Positions 29,560 through 38,998 of a DNA stretch of 64,000 nucleotides are shown piece by piece. Numbering within the stretch: position 1 is the stretch's first letter; each line of letters starts with the position of its first letter. Source of the stretch: a virus. A model generated the notes under the pieces. It ran no database searches. It worked only from the letters and a program-made list of their open reading frames with translations, and was not told where the DNA came from. A program made the translations under genes and the position numbers. The stretch is from IMG/VR virus record IMGVR_UViG_3300010399_000004, positions 1 to 64,000 of that record; one strand, 5' to 3'.

Positions 29560-30074
29560 GCGCGGATGAACAATCCTTATTGGTTATGGCAACTAATGAA
29601 AGAAAGCGAAAACTCCGGGACAGCGTTTTGACGGAGGAAGTTTTGCGGTCTTTTTGGAATTTGGTCGATAAGAAATATTTCGATAACAAGGAAGGAATAT
29701 GGGAGGAGAATCATCCCTACGGAACTTGCACCTGGGTAAATTCCTCGCCCTTCCGATGGATAGAGAAAGGAGCCAGAACAGTTGAGATTTATGGCGGAGA
29801 CGAGAAAGCCTGTTCAGATTGTGGATTGACTACTACGCTGGGAATGATTACCGGGCATGACTGGCTGTTTGTAAGCGGGAGATGGCTTATAGATATATGG
29901 GCCTGGGCTTATCTCGGTGCCCCGCAATGTCTATATGATCTTTGGGAGCCAACTCACGTGGCATGGGTTGACGTTCTGTATCCAAAGCGATGGGAACGAA
30001 ACGAGAATGCAGAGAAGTGGTCTGCGTGGTTTGATCTTGCGGAAAGAGACTGGAATGAGTTATTGTCGAAATGA
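29556..30074 (+). CDS. Hypothetical protein (start uncertain, possibly 29481)
   Basis: GHDWLFVSGRWLIDIW; ATGA overlaps. Confidence 0.55.
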   Translation: MSADEQSLLVMATNERKRKLRDSVLTEEVLRSFWNLVDKKYFDNKEGIWEENHPYGTCTWVNSSPFRWIEKGARTVEIYGGDEKACSDCGLTTTLGMITGHDWLFVSGRWLIDIWAWAYLGAPQCLYDLWEPTHVAWVDVLYPKRWERNENAEKWSAWFDLAERDWNELLSK

Positions 30075-30505
30075 AAACCAAACCAAAATTACTAGCTGTT
30101 GATTTTGACGGCACTTGCGCGGTTTCCAGATTCCCGAAGATAGGGGAACCAGTTCATCTGGCCATTGAATCCCTCCGATTTCTAAAGGAACGGGGCTGGA
30201 AGTTAATACTATGGACTGTTCGCAGCGGGCAGACTTTAGTGGAAGCAATGCAATGGGCATCGGATCGGGGAGTAGAATTCGACAGTGCCAATGTAAACCC
30301 GAATCAAGGCCGATGGTCTTCCAGCCAGAAAGCTTACGCCCCATTTTATGTAGATGACTCGGCGCTGGGCTGTCCCCTTCTTGAAGTCGGGAAAGACGTA
30401 ATGGTTGATTGGTATTCTATAATGGAAATACTCAATATTCATTATCCGGAGGAAAGAATCGGGGCTTGGCTTACAAAGAAAATTATAGTGAAATCTAACG
30501 AATAA
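30071..30505 (+). CDS. HAD-superfamily hydrolase
   Basis: LAVDFDGT, ILWTVR, FYVDD. Confidence 0.85.
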   Translation: MKTKPKLLAVDFDGTCAVSRFPKIGEPVHLAIESLRFLKERGWKLILWTVRSGQTLVEAMQWASDRGVEFDSANVNPNQGRWSSSQKAYAPFYVDDSALGCPLLEVGKDVMVDWYSIMEILNIHYPEERIGAWLTKKIIVKSNE

Positions 30506-30509
30506 CATT

Positions 30510-30755
30510 ATGGGGCTCTATACAGAAAAAATGAAAGAAGAACAGAAGGCGAAGTCCGATGCCTTTCTCAAGAAGTTATCGGCCGCAGAGCATCCCTCTG
30601 CGAAGGTTCCGGACGCGGAAACAAAAAGGTGCATCGGGTGTTGGGGTAAGAAATGGAGAGTGGACCCGATAACTGGAATTTGTGGATTGTGTTCGCGCTG
30701 CAACGGCGCCGGATTCCTCTGCCTGCGGAACCCGTCCACAGGGCAGAAGGAATAA
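30510..30755 (+). CDS. Small zinc-finger protein
   Basis: CIGCWG...CSRCNGAG. Confidence 0.5.
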   Translation: MGLYTEKMKEEQKAKSDAFLKKLSAAEHPSAKVPDAETKRCIGCWGKKWRVDPITGICGLCSRCNGAGFLCLRNPSTGQKE

Positions 30756-30810
30756 GCTTGCTCCTTTCAGTTTAGTGATTTAGTCTGCGGGTCACTACAC
30801 ACTAATATTT

Positions 30811-31164
30811 ATGGACAGAGAAGAAGCACACCCCCTTCATTTGCGTTGCGAAGCTCAGGCCAAAGAGAATTCTGATCTTTGGGTTATCATTGATATCTTG
30901 CAGGCCGCATTGCGGCGGACTGAACAATTCATGCCACAGGATGGAAGGCGGCAGGATGTATTTACCCCGCAAGTTGTATTGGCTTTGTTTGCTCGGCAAA
31001 CCAGTGTTCCTGCGGGAATGTCTTCTCTGCGGATCAGCCGTAAGTTTTATAATGAAGAGGGGGATGTTGTAGGAACAGAGTTAAGTCGGGCTGGTTTGAA
31101 TACACCTTTTGTTATTGGGATTGGCCCTGATTCTCCTTTGGTTACAAGAATAGAAATTTGTTGA
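30811..31164 (+). CDS. Hypothetical protein
   Basis: ORF in operon with the next gene. Confidence 0.5.
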   Translation: MDREEAHPLHLRCEAQAKENSDLWVIIDILQAALRRTEQFMPQDGRRQDVFTPQVVLALFARQTSVPAGMSSLRISRKFYNEEGDVVGTELSRAGLNTPFVIGIGPDSPLVTRIEIC

Positions 31165-31165
31165 T

Positions 31166-31588
31166 ATGAAACTTTCTTCTTTGAATCCCCAATTTTACAG
31201 ATACGACCGCCGTATGACGGATGTAGAATTATGCGTAGGGGATCAGGCTACGTGGAGGGAACGGGGATGTCCAACAGAGAAGAAAAAGGAACTGCGGGAC
31301 TATCGAATTCCTGTAAATAATATAGAGGAAGCCCAATGCGTATGGTTTCAATGCCCTAAATGTGTGAGGGAAAAGGGAACCGTGGTTGGGTGTCATTTTG
31401 TTGAAGTTACTTTTGCTGACAGGGGAGTTCTGCCTGGGCAGGGAATCAAAAACAAATCGGGGGAGGATATTCGTTGGAACATAAGCGGAACAAACTATAA
31501 CGATCTTACGGTTACCCCTTCGGTTCTAATCCAAGGAGGCTGCGGCTGGCATGGATTTATAACCGCGGGCGAGGTTTCCATAATCTGA
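31166..31588 (+). CDS. DUF6527-like protein
   Basis: FQCPKC...CH...LTVTPSVL...CGWHGFITAG. Confidence 0.65.
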   Translation: MKLSSLNPQFYRYDRRMTDVELCVGDQATWRERGCPTEKKKELRDYRIPVNNIEEAQCVWFQCPKCVREKGTVVGCHFVEVTFADRGVLPGQGIKNKSGEDIRWNISGTNYNDLTVTPSVLIQGGCGWHGFITAGEVSII

Positions 31589-31660
31589 CGCTATGCAAAG
31601 AAAGTCTTTTAGCTTGAATAGCCGTATCTGTTGTGCTAAAAGCGTTTGAAAACTTTTCAA

Positions 31661-32335
31661 ATGTCGGACCGCTCTACAGAACGCATAGTGCCTCAAAGAA
31701 GATCGCAGCCCGCGGTCTGCCCCCCGCCTTCTGTTCCGGGGGGAGCATCCAAACGAATTATTGACGGCACTCCGGGGGGAGAAAAGAAAAAATCCGAGGG
31801 AGCGTTGCGTATAATAGCCGCAGAGAAGCAGTTTCTTTTAAAGACTCTGCGCAGCAGTTTGGGAAATATTTCTCTGGCTTGTTTGAAAGCCAATATTTCG
31901 CGGACAAAGTTTACCCGATATGTCGATGAAGACCCGGCATTTGCGGAGGGGGTAATTGAAGTTAAAGAAATGGCGGTGGATTTTGCAGAGGGGTGTTTAT
32001 TTAAGCAAATGCGTAACGGCTCCACTGCCGCAGCTATCTTCTATCTCAAGACGCAAGGGCGGCACCGGGGCTACATAGAGAGGATTCGACATGAGCTTCC
32101 GGACGCTCCGGATGTATCCGCACCGATCACTGCGCAATCTATTGAAGAGGAAGTTCCGGATGAGAGCATGGATGAAATCTTTGATGTAATTGCCGAGGGA
32201 GTAGCGGCGCAAAAACGATTCATCGAAAAACGTAAAGCGGATGCCCTGAGGGCCGCGGCAGAGAAAGCAAAAGCCATGCCCCCTTCCGGACCAAGACTAA
32301 TAACGGTCAAATCAAAAGCGGGGGTTGGGGGATGA
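31661..32335 (+). CDS. terS: Terminase small subunit
   Basis: HTH LGNISLACLKANISRTKF...AAIFYLKTQGRHRGY; directly upstream of TerL. Confidence 0.8.
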   Translation: MSDRSTERIVPQRRSQPAVCPPPSVPGGASKRIIDGTPGGEKKKSEGALRIIAAEKQFLLKTLRSSLGNISLACLKANISRTKFTRYVDEDPAFAEGVIEVKEMAVDFAEGCLFKQMRNGSTAAAIFYLKTQGRHRGYIERIRHELPDAPDVSAPITAQSIEEEVPDESMDEIFDVIAEGVAAQKRFIEKRKADALRAAAEKAKAMPPSGPRLITVKSKAGVGG

Positions 32336-34731
32336 ATCCTGCACACAGGCAGAAATTTGCTCTGCTTATCAAGAAGGCCAGGAAAAGTTTCCTGGCTTAT
32401 TTGATGTTATTCAACAATCCGAAGACTTCTCAAATCAAGATGGGGAAGTTGCACAAGTTTCTGGCTGATCTTGTGCAGGGGGTAGTTGATGGGACATATG
32501 GAGCCTATCAAGCAGTTTCAATCCCCCCGCAGCACGGTAAGGCTCTGCACGATGATACTTTGATTCCTACCCCGGACGGGTTTAAAAAAATTGCGGACCT
32601 TGAAGTAGGGGATCGGGTATTCACCCAGGATGGTTCTGTGACTTCTGTTTTATGCGTGAAACACTGGAAGCGCAGACCGATCTACAAACTGACAATGGAT
32701 GACGGAACGTTTGTGAAGGCGGATGGCGAGCATTTGTGGTCAGTCCGTATGTGTCGAAAGCGGAAAACAACACACACGCTCTGGACCACTGAACGGCTTA
32801 GCAAAAGAACGTCCAGCCGCTCCCCCGCCCTTCCTGAGTCTGGAGCTTTGGTGTTGCCGGAAAAGCCTTTTGTGGTGGCTCCTTATGTGCTTGGCTGCTG
32901 GCTTGGGGATGGAAACTCTAATGGAAACTTATTCACGGCAACAGAGGAGGATCAAGAGCATTATGCTCAAAGGTTCTCTGCGATGGGATTTCCGGTAAGC
33001 AGAACAGCCTACGCGATGCGGTTTCGTTTGCAGGCTTCTTGGTATATTCGATGGCTGAAAGACTCTGGATTGCATGAAAACAAGCACATCCCAGAGAGAT
33101 ATATGAGGGGAAGCGCGGAGCAGAGGAGGGAACTGCTGAAAGGCCTAATTGACACTGACGGCTATGTTTCGTCTGATGGACAGGTTGAATTCTGCAATGT
33201 AAACTATCGCCTCGCCTGCGATGTTCGGCGATTAGTCCATTCGCTTGGAATCAAGGCGGCCATGTCCGAAGGGCGGGCAACTATAAATGGAGTTGACTGT
33301 GGTCCAAAATACCGAATCTTATTTTATGCAGACAGAGTAGCCTCTCTTCCACGAAAAGTAGCCAGACTCCGCAATCCGCAGAAACGATGTCGTTACATAG
33401 AAAAAGTTGAACGATGCGGAACGGGCAATACTACCTGCATCCAAGTAAATCATCCATCGGGTATGTTCCTTTGCGGGGAGGCTTGCATACCCACCCACAA
33501 CAGCCTTATGCTGGCGGTTGAGACTGTTTCCTGGCTAATGGGGCATTCTCCGGGAATCAGCATCGCTATCGCTGGACATAGGCATGATTTGATGACTGAG
33601 TTTTCTCAGCAGGTAAAAGCGAGGATAAGTAATCCTTTATATGCTTTAGTGTTTCCTAAAGCGGGGGAGATTATTCGGGGTAGGGATAAAGCGGATTCGT
33701 GGATGCTTGGCAATAGGTCAACCTTGAGGGCAAAATCGGTAGGAAGTAAATTGACAGGGAACCGGGTGGACTGGCTTATTATTGACGATGCCCATGCAGG
33801 CCGGGCGGAAGCAGAAAGCGAGACTCAGCGAAATAGAGTGCATCAGTGGTATTTCGGAGATTGCGTTACTCGTTTGTCTCCGGGGGCTAAAGTATTCATC
33901 ATTGGGACGCGTTGGCATCCAAAGGATTTGATAGGACATTTAACTAGCAAGGAGTATGTTGATACGCTCAAAGCAGAAGGGCAGGAAGAGCGTATATTTG
34001 AAGTAACTAATCTCCCTGCCTTTGCGGGAGAAAATGATCCTTTAGGAAGAGAATCGGGGGAAGCGCTATTTCCGGAAGTTCGTAATGCTGCCTGGCTCAT
34101 GGGGGTTAAAGCGTCTATCCCTTCTTACGAATGGGATTCTCAATACATGGGCAACCCCCGTTCTATTGCGGAGGGGCAGGCAGATATTAGCCGGCTTAGA
34201 AGAATTCCTATGGATCGTGTCCCTATCCATATTCCCAGATTGCGGGGGTGGGACCTTGCTCTTACAGAGAAGAAAACATCGGACTATTCAGTAGGATCGC
34301 TTTGCGCATGGGATGCAGACAAAGAAGAGTTTTATATACTTAACATGTTCCGGGTAAAACTGGCTTGGCCAAAGCTTGAGCCCCGTCTTCTTGCTTTATC
34401 TCTAAGGGATAAGCTGGAATGGAATTGTAACAAGATGGCTATGGAAGCCGTAAGTGGATTTGAAATTGGATTACAAAACATTCGCAAGGCTTTATCCGGT
34501 CAGGTAAAAGTGGTAAAAAGAAATCCAGGGGTCGGAGGGAAACTGATGCGGGCGCAGGGGTGGTTGAATGTTTTGGAAAAGGGCAGAATGTTTATGGTTG
34601 AAGGTCCCTGGAATAAGGATTTCTTAGATGAGCTTCTTGATTTCCCTAACGGAAAAAATGATGATATTGAGGATTCGGTTAGTGTCGCATGGGAAGAGTT
34701 GACTTCCCCGCAGAAACTTCTATATGGTTAA
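32332..34731 (+). CDS. terL: Terminase large subunit, interrupted by an intein
   Basis: Walker A PPQHGK|S, Walker B LIIDD, IGTRWH, nuclease RGWDLA...FPNGKNDDIEDS. Confidence 0.93.
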   Translation: MNPAHRQKFALLIKKARKSFLAYLMLFNNPKTSQIKMGKLHKFLADLVQGVVDGTYGAYQAVSIPPQHGKALHDDTLIPTPDGFKKIADLEVGDRVFTQDGSVTSVLCVKHWKRRPIYKLTMDDGTFVKADGEHLWSVRMCRKRKTTHTLWTTERLSKRTSSRSPALPESGALVLPEKPFVVAPYVLGCWLGDGNSNGNLFTATEEDQEHYAQRFSAMGFPVSRTAYAMRFRLQASWYIRWLKDSGLHENKHIPERYMRGSAEQRRELLKGLIDTDGYVSSDGQVEFCNVNYRLACDVRRLVHSLGIKAAMSEGRATINGVDCGPKYRILFYADRVASLPRKVARLRNPQKRCRYIEKVERCGTGNTTCIQVNHPSGMFLCGEACIPTHNSLMLAVETVSWLMGHSPGISIAIAGHRHDLMTEFSQQVKARISNPLYALVFPKAGEIIRGRDKADSWMLGNRSTLRAKSVGSKLTGNRVDWLIIDDAHAGRAEAESETQRNRVHQWYFGDCVTRLSPGAKVFIIGTRWHPKDLIGHLTSKEYVDTLKAEGQEERIFEVTNLPAFAGENDPLGRESGEALFPEVRNAAWLMGVKASIPSYEWDSQYMGNPRSIAEGQADISRLRRIPMDRVPIHIPRLRGWDLALTEKKTSDYSVGSLCAWDADKEEFYILNMFRVKLAWPKLEPRLLALSLRDKLEWNCNKMAMEAVSGFEIGLQNIRKALSGQVKVVKRNPGVGGKLMRAQGWLNVLEKGRMFMVEGPWNKDFLDELLDFPNGKNDDIEDSVSVAWEELTSPQKLLYG
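32542..33501 (+). mobile_element. Intein (320 aa) with LAGLIDADG homing endonuclease; Ala1 and class 3 WCT signature
   Basis: Starts ALHDDTLIPTPDG, ends CIPTHN|S. Block B ADGEHLW, block F TTCIQV, LAGLIDADG-like VLGCWLGDG and LLKGLIDTDG. Confidence 0.92.
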
Positions 34732-34736
34732 ATATT

Positions 34737-34994
34737 ATGAAAGGAACAAGAAAAGAACCTGATGCTGATGGAAACCTGAATCTCAAGCCAGGGGAGTATG
34801 GCAAGCACGGGCGGGACGGTAACTGGTATTGTTGCCCGCCGGGCCGGGAGGATTGGTTTATAGGAAACCTCCAAGCGCATCAGGTTACAGAGCATGAAGA
34901 TGGAACCATTACCGCCGCTCCTTCTATCCTGATAAAATCCTGGAACGGAACTTGGCATGGTTATCTGGAGCGGGGCGTATTTCGTGAAGTCTAA
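34737..34994 (+). CDS. DUF6527-like protein (second copy)
   Basis: HEDGTITAAPSILI...WHGYLERG. Confidence 0.6.
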   Translation: MKGTRKEPDADGNLNLKPGEYGKHGRDGNWYCCPPGREDWFIGNLQAHQVTEHEDGTITAAPSILIKSWNGTWHGYLERGVFREV

Positions 34995-35006
34995 AATATT
35001 TGTGCT

Positions 35007-35207
35007 ATGAACTTTGAAAACTTTTCAAACTGGATTTGGATTCTGCTTGCTCTGATTCTCTGGGCATGGGCCGGGTATAGAGTTTTCCTTGCTTACGTAG
35101 CTTCCTCTATTGATCTTCGTAACGGATGGGAAAGAGCGCTGATGCTTCTATGTGGCCCGCGGGTATGGTTTATCACGTTAAGGCTTCGGAGGAAGTTCAG
35201 GAAATAA
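35007..35207 (+). CDS. Small membrane protein
   Basis: N-terminal hydrophobic helix and basic C-terminus. Confidence 0.55.
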   Translation: MNFENFSNWIWILLALILWAWAGYRVFLAYVASSIDLRNGWERALMLLCGPRVWFITLRLRRKFRK

Positions 35208-35248
35208 GATTGACTGGCCCACGTCTTCATGTAAGACTCAACACTGCT

Positions 35249-35977
35249 ATGGCTACACTAAAGAAACACGAAGTAAAAAAAGAACAGACACTGCAATCGC
35301 TTAAAGCGAATGCAAAGAATCCCAGGAAGGAATGGAGCAGTGACGAAAAGAAAGCTGCATTCGTAAAATCACTTTCTGAATTTGGCGATCTTTCTGGAAT
35401 CGTTTGGAATTCAAGAACAAAGCAGTTGGTGGGGGGACATAAACGAATTGAAGAGTTCAAAAGTGATGATGCTGCTAAAATCGAATATACCAATAAACTG
35501 GAAACGGCGGATGTCTCGGGAACTACTGCATATGGTTATGTGATGTTGACTTCCGGAGTGCGATTCGCTTATCGTGAAGTAAATTGGGACAAGAAGAAAG
35601 AGATGGCCGCTAATCTTGCGGCTAATCAATGGGCAGCAGAGTGGGATTGGGAAGGAGTATCGGATATGCTTAAAGAGCTTAATGATGGCGAGTTTGATCT
35701 GTCCTTGACGGGTTTCGATCATTCGGAATTCGAACCTTTACTTGCAGCGGAGTGGGACCCCCCCGCAGCCGGGGATATGCCGGTTAATACTCCTTCCGAA
35801 GATCAGGAAGGAACTAATATTGCCAAGGGGATGAAGCAGTTGGTAATCAGCGATGCGGCGCATGATGCTTTGCAGCGATATAAGGAGGAAGGGAAATATC
35901 CTGATTACTCCGCGGCCATCCTTGCTTTGGTGCCTGTTGCTCCTAAAAAGGTTACTCCGCCCCGTCGGGGGGTTTGA
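35249..35977 (+). CDS. ParB/Srx-like protein heading the DNA-modification cluster
   Basis: KNPRK...SLSEFGDLSGIVWN...LVGGHKR...ANLAANQ. Confidence 0.8.
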   Translation: MATLKKHEVKKEQTLQSLKANAKNPRKEWSSDEKKAAFVKSLSEFGDLSGIVWNSRTKQLVGGHKRIEEFKSDDAAKIEYTNKLETADVSGTTAYGYVMLTSGVRFAYREVNWDKKKEMAANLAANQWAAEWDWEGVSDMLKELNDGEFDLSLTGFDHSEFEPLLAAEWDPPAAGDMPVNTPSEDQEGTNIAKGMKQLVISDAAHDALQRYKEEGKYPDYSAAILALVPVAPKKVTPPRRGV

Positions 35978-35978
35978 T

Positions 35979-37019
35979 ATGGATGTTCGTTTGGCTTATC
36001 ACCCCGAAGGGGGGAGGACTTTGAGTATGTTGAAATTTCCATCAGTGCGTTTGGCCGTTGCCCATAAAAGTCAAACAGGAGCTAACTCTGCGGAACATCA
36101 TGTGAATGGTGCCGGGCTGGGTCACCCCACTATTCGTTTATCTGCCGCCCCTAAAGGGGCGCAGGGAGATAACGTGTTGCAAGGAAAGCGGGGAGTAAAG
36201 CAATTAGGCAAAGAGAGCGCTCCCGCATTGTTGGTATCGTATTTCTATATCAAACCTTTTTTGGCTAATCAGGCGCAGTATTGTTATAGGGACTGGGTTC
36301 TAGACTCTGGCGCATTCTCTGCTTATATGAGCGGGGCTACGATTGATTTGCAGGAATATATCAATCTCTGTATAAAGCTTCGCCGGGATGATCCTACTTT
36401 GACGGAAATATTTGCTCTGGATGTGATCGGCAACCATGAAGCCAGTTTGCATAACTGCGAAATAATGTGGGCGCAGGGAGTCGAAGCAATCCCTTGTTAT
36501 CATTATGGTGAGCCGGCAGATGTCCTTATAACGATGGCTCAGAAATATCCAAAGATCGCTATCGGTGGTTGTGCGCGGATGCGGCTTGGAGCAAAAATGA
36601 AATTCGCAGAGCAGTGCTTTTCAAGGATATGGCCAAAGAAGATACACGGTTTTGGTTTCGGCAGTGAACAATCAATACTCGCCCTTCCCTTCTATAGCGT
36701 TGATGCTACTAATTGGGAAATGGGTCCTTGTGCATTTGGCAGGTGGAATAAGTTCGGGCAAATGAGTGTGCGGGGAAGCAGTCAGAATCTCAAACAGGAA
36801 GTTGAATATTATTTGGAAGTGGAAAGAAAAGCTCGTATCCGATGGAAAAGGGAGATGTTGCAATTGGAGGCACTTCCGAATAATAATCCCACTCTGCGAC
36901 TCGCTATTGATGCTGCTTCGGGGGGAGGTAAAAGAGTAGGTAAAGCTTTGAAGAAATCCACACACACACACAGCACCAACTATAAGACTGGCCGCGGTTC
37001 CCTCCAGCGGACGCTCTGA
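35979..37019 (+). CDS. dpdA: DpdA/TGT-like 7-deazaguanine transglycosylase, paralogue 1
   Basis: VLDSGAFSA, ALDVIG, IPCYHYGE, IAIGG, IHGFG, PFYSVDATNW; adjacent to preQ0 synthesis genes. Confidence 0.78.
   Translation: MDVRLAYHPEGGRTLSMLKFPSVRLAVAHKSQTGANSAEHHVNGAGLGHPTIRLSAAPKGAQGDNVLQGKRGVKQLGKESAPALLVSYFYIKPFLANQAQYCYRDWVLDSGAFSAYMSGATIDLQEYINLCIKLRRDDPTLTEIFALDVIGNHEASLHNCEIMWAQGVEAIPCYHYGEPADVLITMAQKYPKIAIGGCARMRLGAKMKFAEQCFSRIWPKKIHGFGFGSEQSILALPFYSVDATNWEMGPCAFGRWNKFGQMSVRGSSQNLKQEVEYYLEVERKARIRWKREMLQLEALPNNNPTLRLAIDAASGGGKRVGKALKKSTHTHSTNYKTGRGSLQRTL
36959..36972 (+). repeat. (CA)7 dinucleotide tract near the 3' end of dpdA paralogue 1
   Basis: CACACACACACACA read directly. Confidence 0.9.
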
Positions 37020-37034
37020 AAGAACCTTTTCAAA

Positions 37035-37778
37035 ATGAAACCTTCTGTGCTTATAGCTTTCCCTTTCTGGAAGGATGCGATGAGCACGCATTTGACAGGG
37101 AGGGATTGGGTAATGGATTCTGGTGCATATTCCGCATTTACATCCGACAAGCATATAGCTTTAGGTGATTATATATCTTGTATAAAACGATTGCAGGACA
37201 CTGCACATGCTCCGCGTCATGTATTTGCTTTAGATGTGATTGGGGATGAATATGTAAGCTATAGCAATGCAATTGCTATGCGAACCGCTGGAATTGAGGT
37301 GATTCCTACTTGGCACGCAGGAAGTAGCCTGGAAGCATTGCGGAGAATTGCTGATGAGTTTTCACGAATTGCTATCGGGGGGCTAGTAGGTCGGCGTCCG
37401 AATCGTCGTTTAGTAATGGGTAAGAAAGCTCGAATTTACTGGGTTTCCAAAGCATTTGAAACTGTATGGCCCAAATGGATTCATGGCTTTGGGTTGAGCT
37501 TCGTTGATCTTTTGCAATCATTTCCGTTTGCATCTGTGGATAGTCTTGGATGGAGATTTACTCCCGAAGCTTTCGGTATATGGAAAACATTTGGAGGTAA
37601 ATTGCCACTAAGAAAAGTTTCCTCCGTAGGGGTTGACTGTGAGATAAAGTGGTATCTTGAATTTCAAGAAAAGTTAAAACAGCAATGGAAACGTGAGCAT
37701 GAGTCTGTTCAAGAATCTAATTTTTCAATCAAGTTTGCATGTTGTAATAAGAAAGAAATAGTGCAACTTGATATATGA
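37035..37778 (+). CDS. dpdA: DpdA/TGT-like transglycosylase, paralogue 2
   Basis: VMDSGAYSA, ALDVIGD, IPTWHAG, IAIGG, IHGFG, PFASVDS; colinear with paralogue 1. Confidence 0.75.
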   Translation: MKPSVLIAFPFWKDAMSTHLTGRDWVMDSGAYSAFTSDKHIALGDYISCIKRLQDTAHAPRHVFALDVIGDEYVSYSNAIAMRTAGIEVIPTWHAGSSLEALRRIADEFSRIAIGGLVGRRPNRRLVMGKKARIYWVSKAFETVWPKWIHGFGLSFVDLLQSFPFASVDSLGWRFTPEAFGIWKTFGGKLPLRKVSSVGVDCEIKWYLEFQEKLKQQWKREHESVQESNFSIKFACCNKKEIVQLDI

Positions 37779-38551
37779 AAACTCATGTTGTTCAATCAAT
37801 CAGTGGAGGTATGGATTCAACCTGCCTCCTTTTGCGTCATTTGGCACAGAATCGCAGTATCCATCTCTTGTCTTTCGATTATGGGCAGAAGCATAAACTT
37901 GAATTGGAAAGATTGGATAAGAATTTGGAGTATCTGAAAGCACAGGATTTGGGCCATACTCGAATTTCGGTCCCATTCGGAGGCATTGCGTCCTCTGCAT
38001 TGACTACTGCTGAACAGGATGTTCCGGAAGGTTTCTATGCTCAGGATAATATGAAGCAAACTGTGGTGCCGAATCGCAATGCTATTTTTTCAGCCATTGC
38101 CTATGCATCTGCTCTTTCTCTGGCTAATGAATTGCATCAGGAAGTATTGCTATCTCTGGGGGTGCATAGTGGAGATCATGCAATTTATCCTGATTGCAGG
38201 AGGGAATTCTTTGAAGCGCTGCACGCCGCATTTGTTTTGGGTAACTGGAACGGTCAAGCCGTCATACTTGATCTTCCTTATTTGGATTGGGATAAAGTAG
38301 ATATTTTGCGGCAGGCAGTCAAGGATTGTGAAACTTTAGGGATTGAGTTCGATACAGTGCTTCGTAACACCAATACTAGTTACGCCCCAGACGTTTCGGG
38401 GAAAGCCAGTGGTCGCACGGGAAGTGATGTGGAGCGTATCCTCGCTTTCCATGTTATAGGCCGGCGGGACCCAGTTGAATATATAGATGGATGGGAGAAA
38501 GCCCTTGAGTATGCTTTGCAATCGCAGAAAGATTTCAATATGAAAGGATAA
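37775..38551 (+). CDS. queC: 7-cyano-7-deazaguanine synthase
   Basis: SGGMDS, FDYGQKH, VVPNRN, HAIYPDCR. Confidence 0.92.
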   Translation: MKTHVVQSISGGMDSTCLLLRHLAQNRSIHLLSFDYGQKHKLELERLDKNLEYLKAQDLGHTRISVPFGGIASSALTTAEQDVPEGFYAQDNMKQTVVPNRNAIFSAIAYASALSLANELHQEVLLSLGVHSGDHAIYPDCRREFFEALHAAFVLGNWNGQAVILDLPYLDWDKVDILRQAVKDCETLGIEFDTVLRNTNTSYAPDVSGKASGRTGSDVERILAFHVIGRRDPVEYIDGWEKALEYALQSQKDFNMKG

Positions 38552-38557
38552 AGGGAT

Positions 38558-38998
38558 ATGGCCGTGCCTACCTTAGTATTGATTGGATGCTCAAGCAGGA
38601 AAGCAAAGGAAGCTTGCGCAGTCAGAGATTTCTATTTGGGAACACTATTCAAAGCTTCGGTTGAGTGGACAGAATCTTGTAAATTGAAATGGGGGGTTAT
38701 TTCCACGAAATATGGATTTGTCTTACCCGATCAAATTATTGCTCCTTATAATGAAACCTTTGCCTCTTTCGCCAAAGGATCAGTAGGATATAGGAAAATA
38801 ACTGATGGATGGCGACTTTTGGTGCGGAGACAGCTATTGCCTTATAAGGGAAGAAGAATGCTAAGTATCCTTGGAAAAGAATACGAAAATATTGGACTTC
38901 CTCTTTTTAATCCATTTAAGTATTTATGGTTGGGGGCTAGAGTTAAATGGTTATGGGGTCATTTAGGTATGCTTCCTTCTACTATTATAAAACCATGA
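38558..38998 (+). CDS. DUF6884-like protein
   Basis: LIGCSSRK...DFYLGTLF...ISTKYGFV...IAPYNET. Confidence 0.65.
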   Translation: MAVPTLVLIGCSSRKAKEACAVRDFYLGTLFKASVEWTESCKLKWGVISTKYGFVLPDQIIAPYNETFASFAKGSVGYRKITDGWRLLVRRQLLPYKGRRMLSILGKEYENIGLPLFNPFKYLWLGARVKWLWGHLGMLPSTIIKP

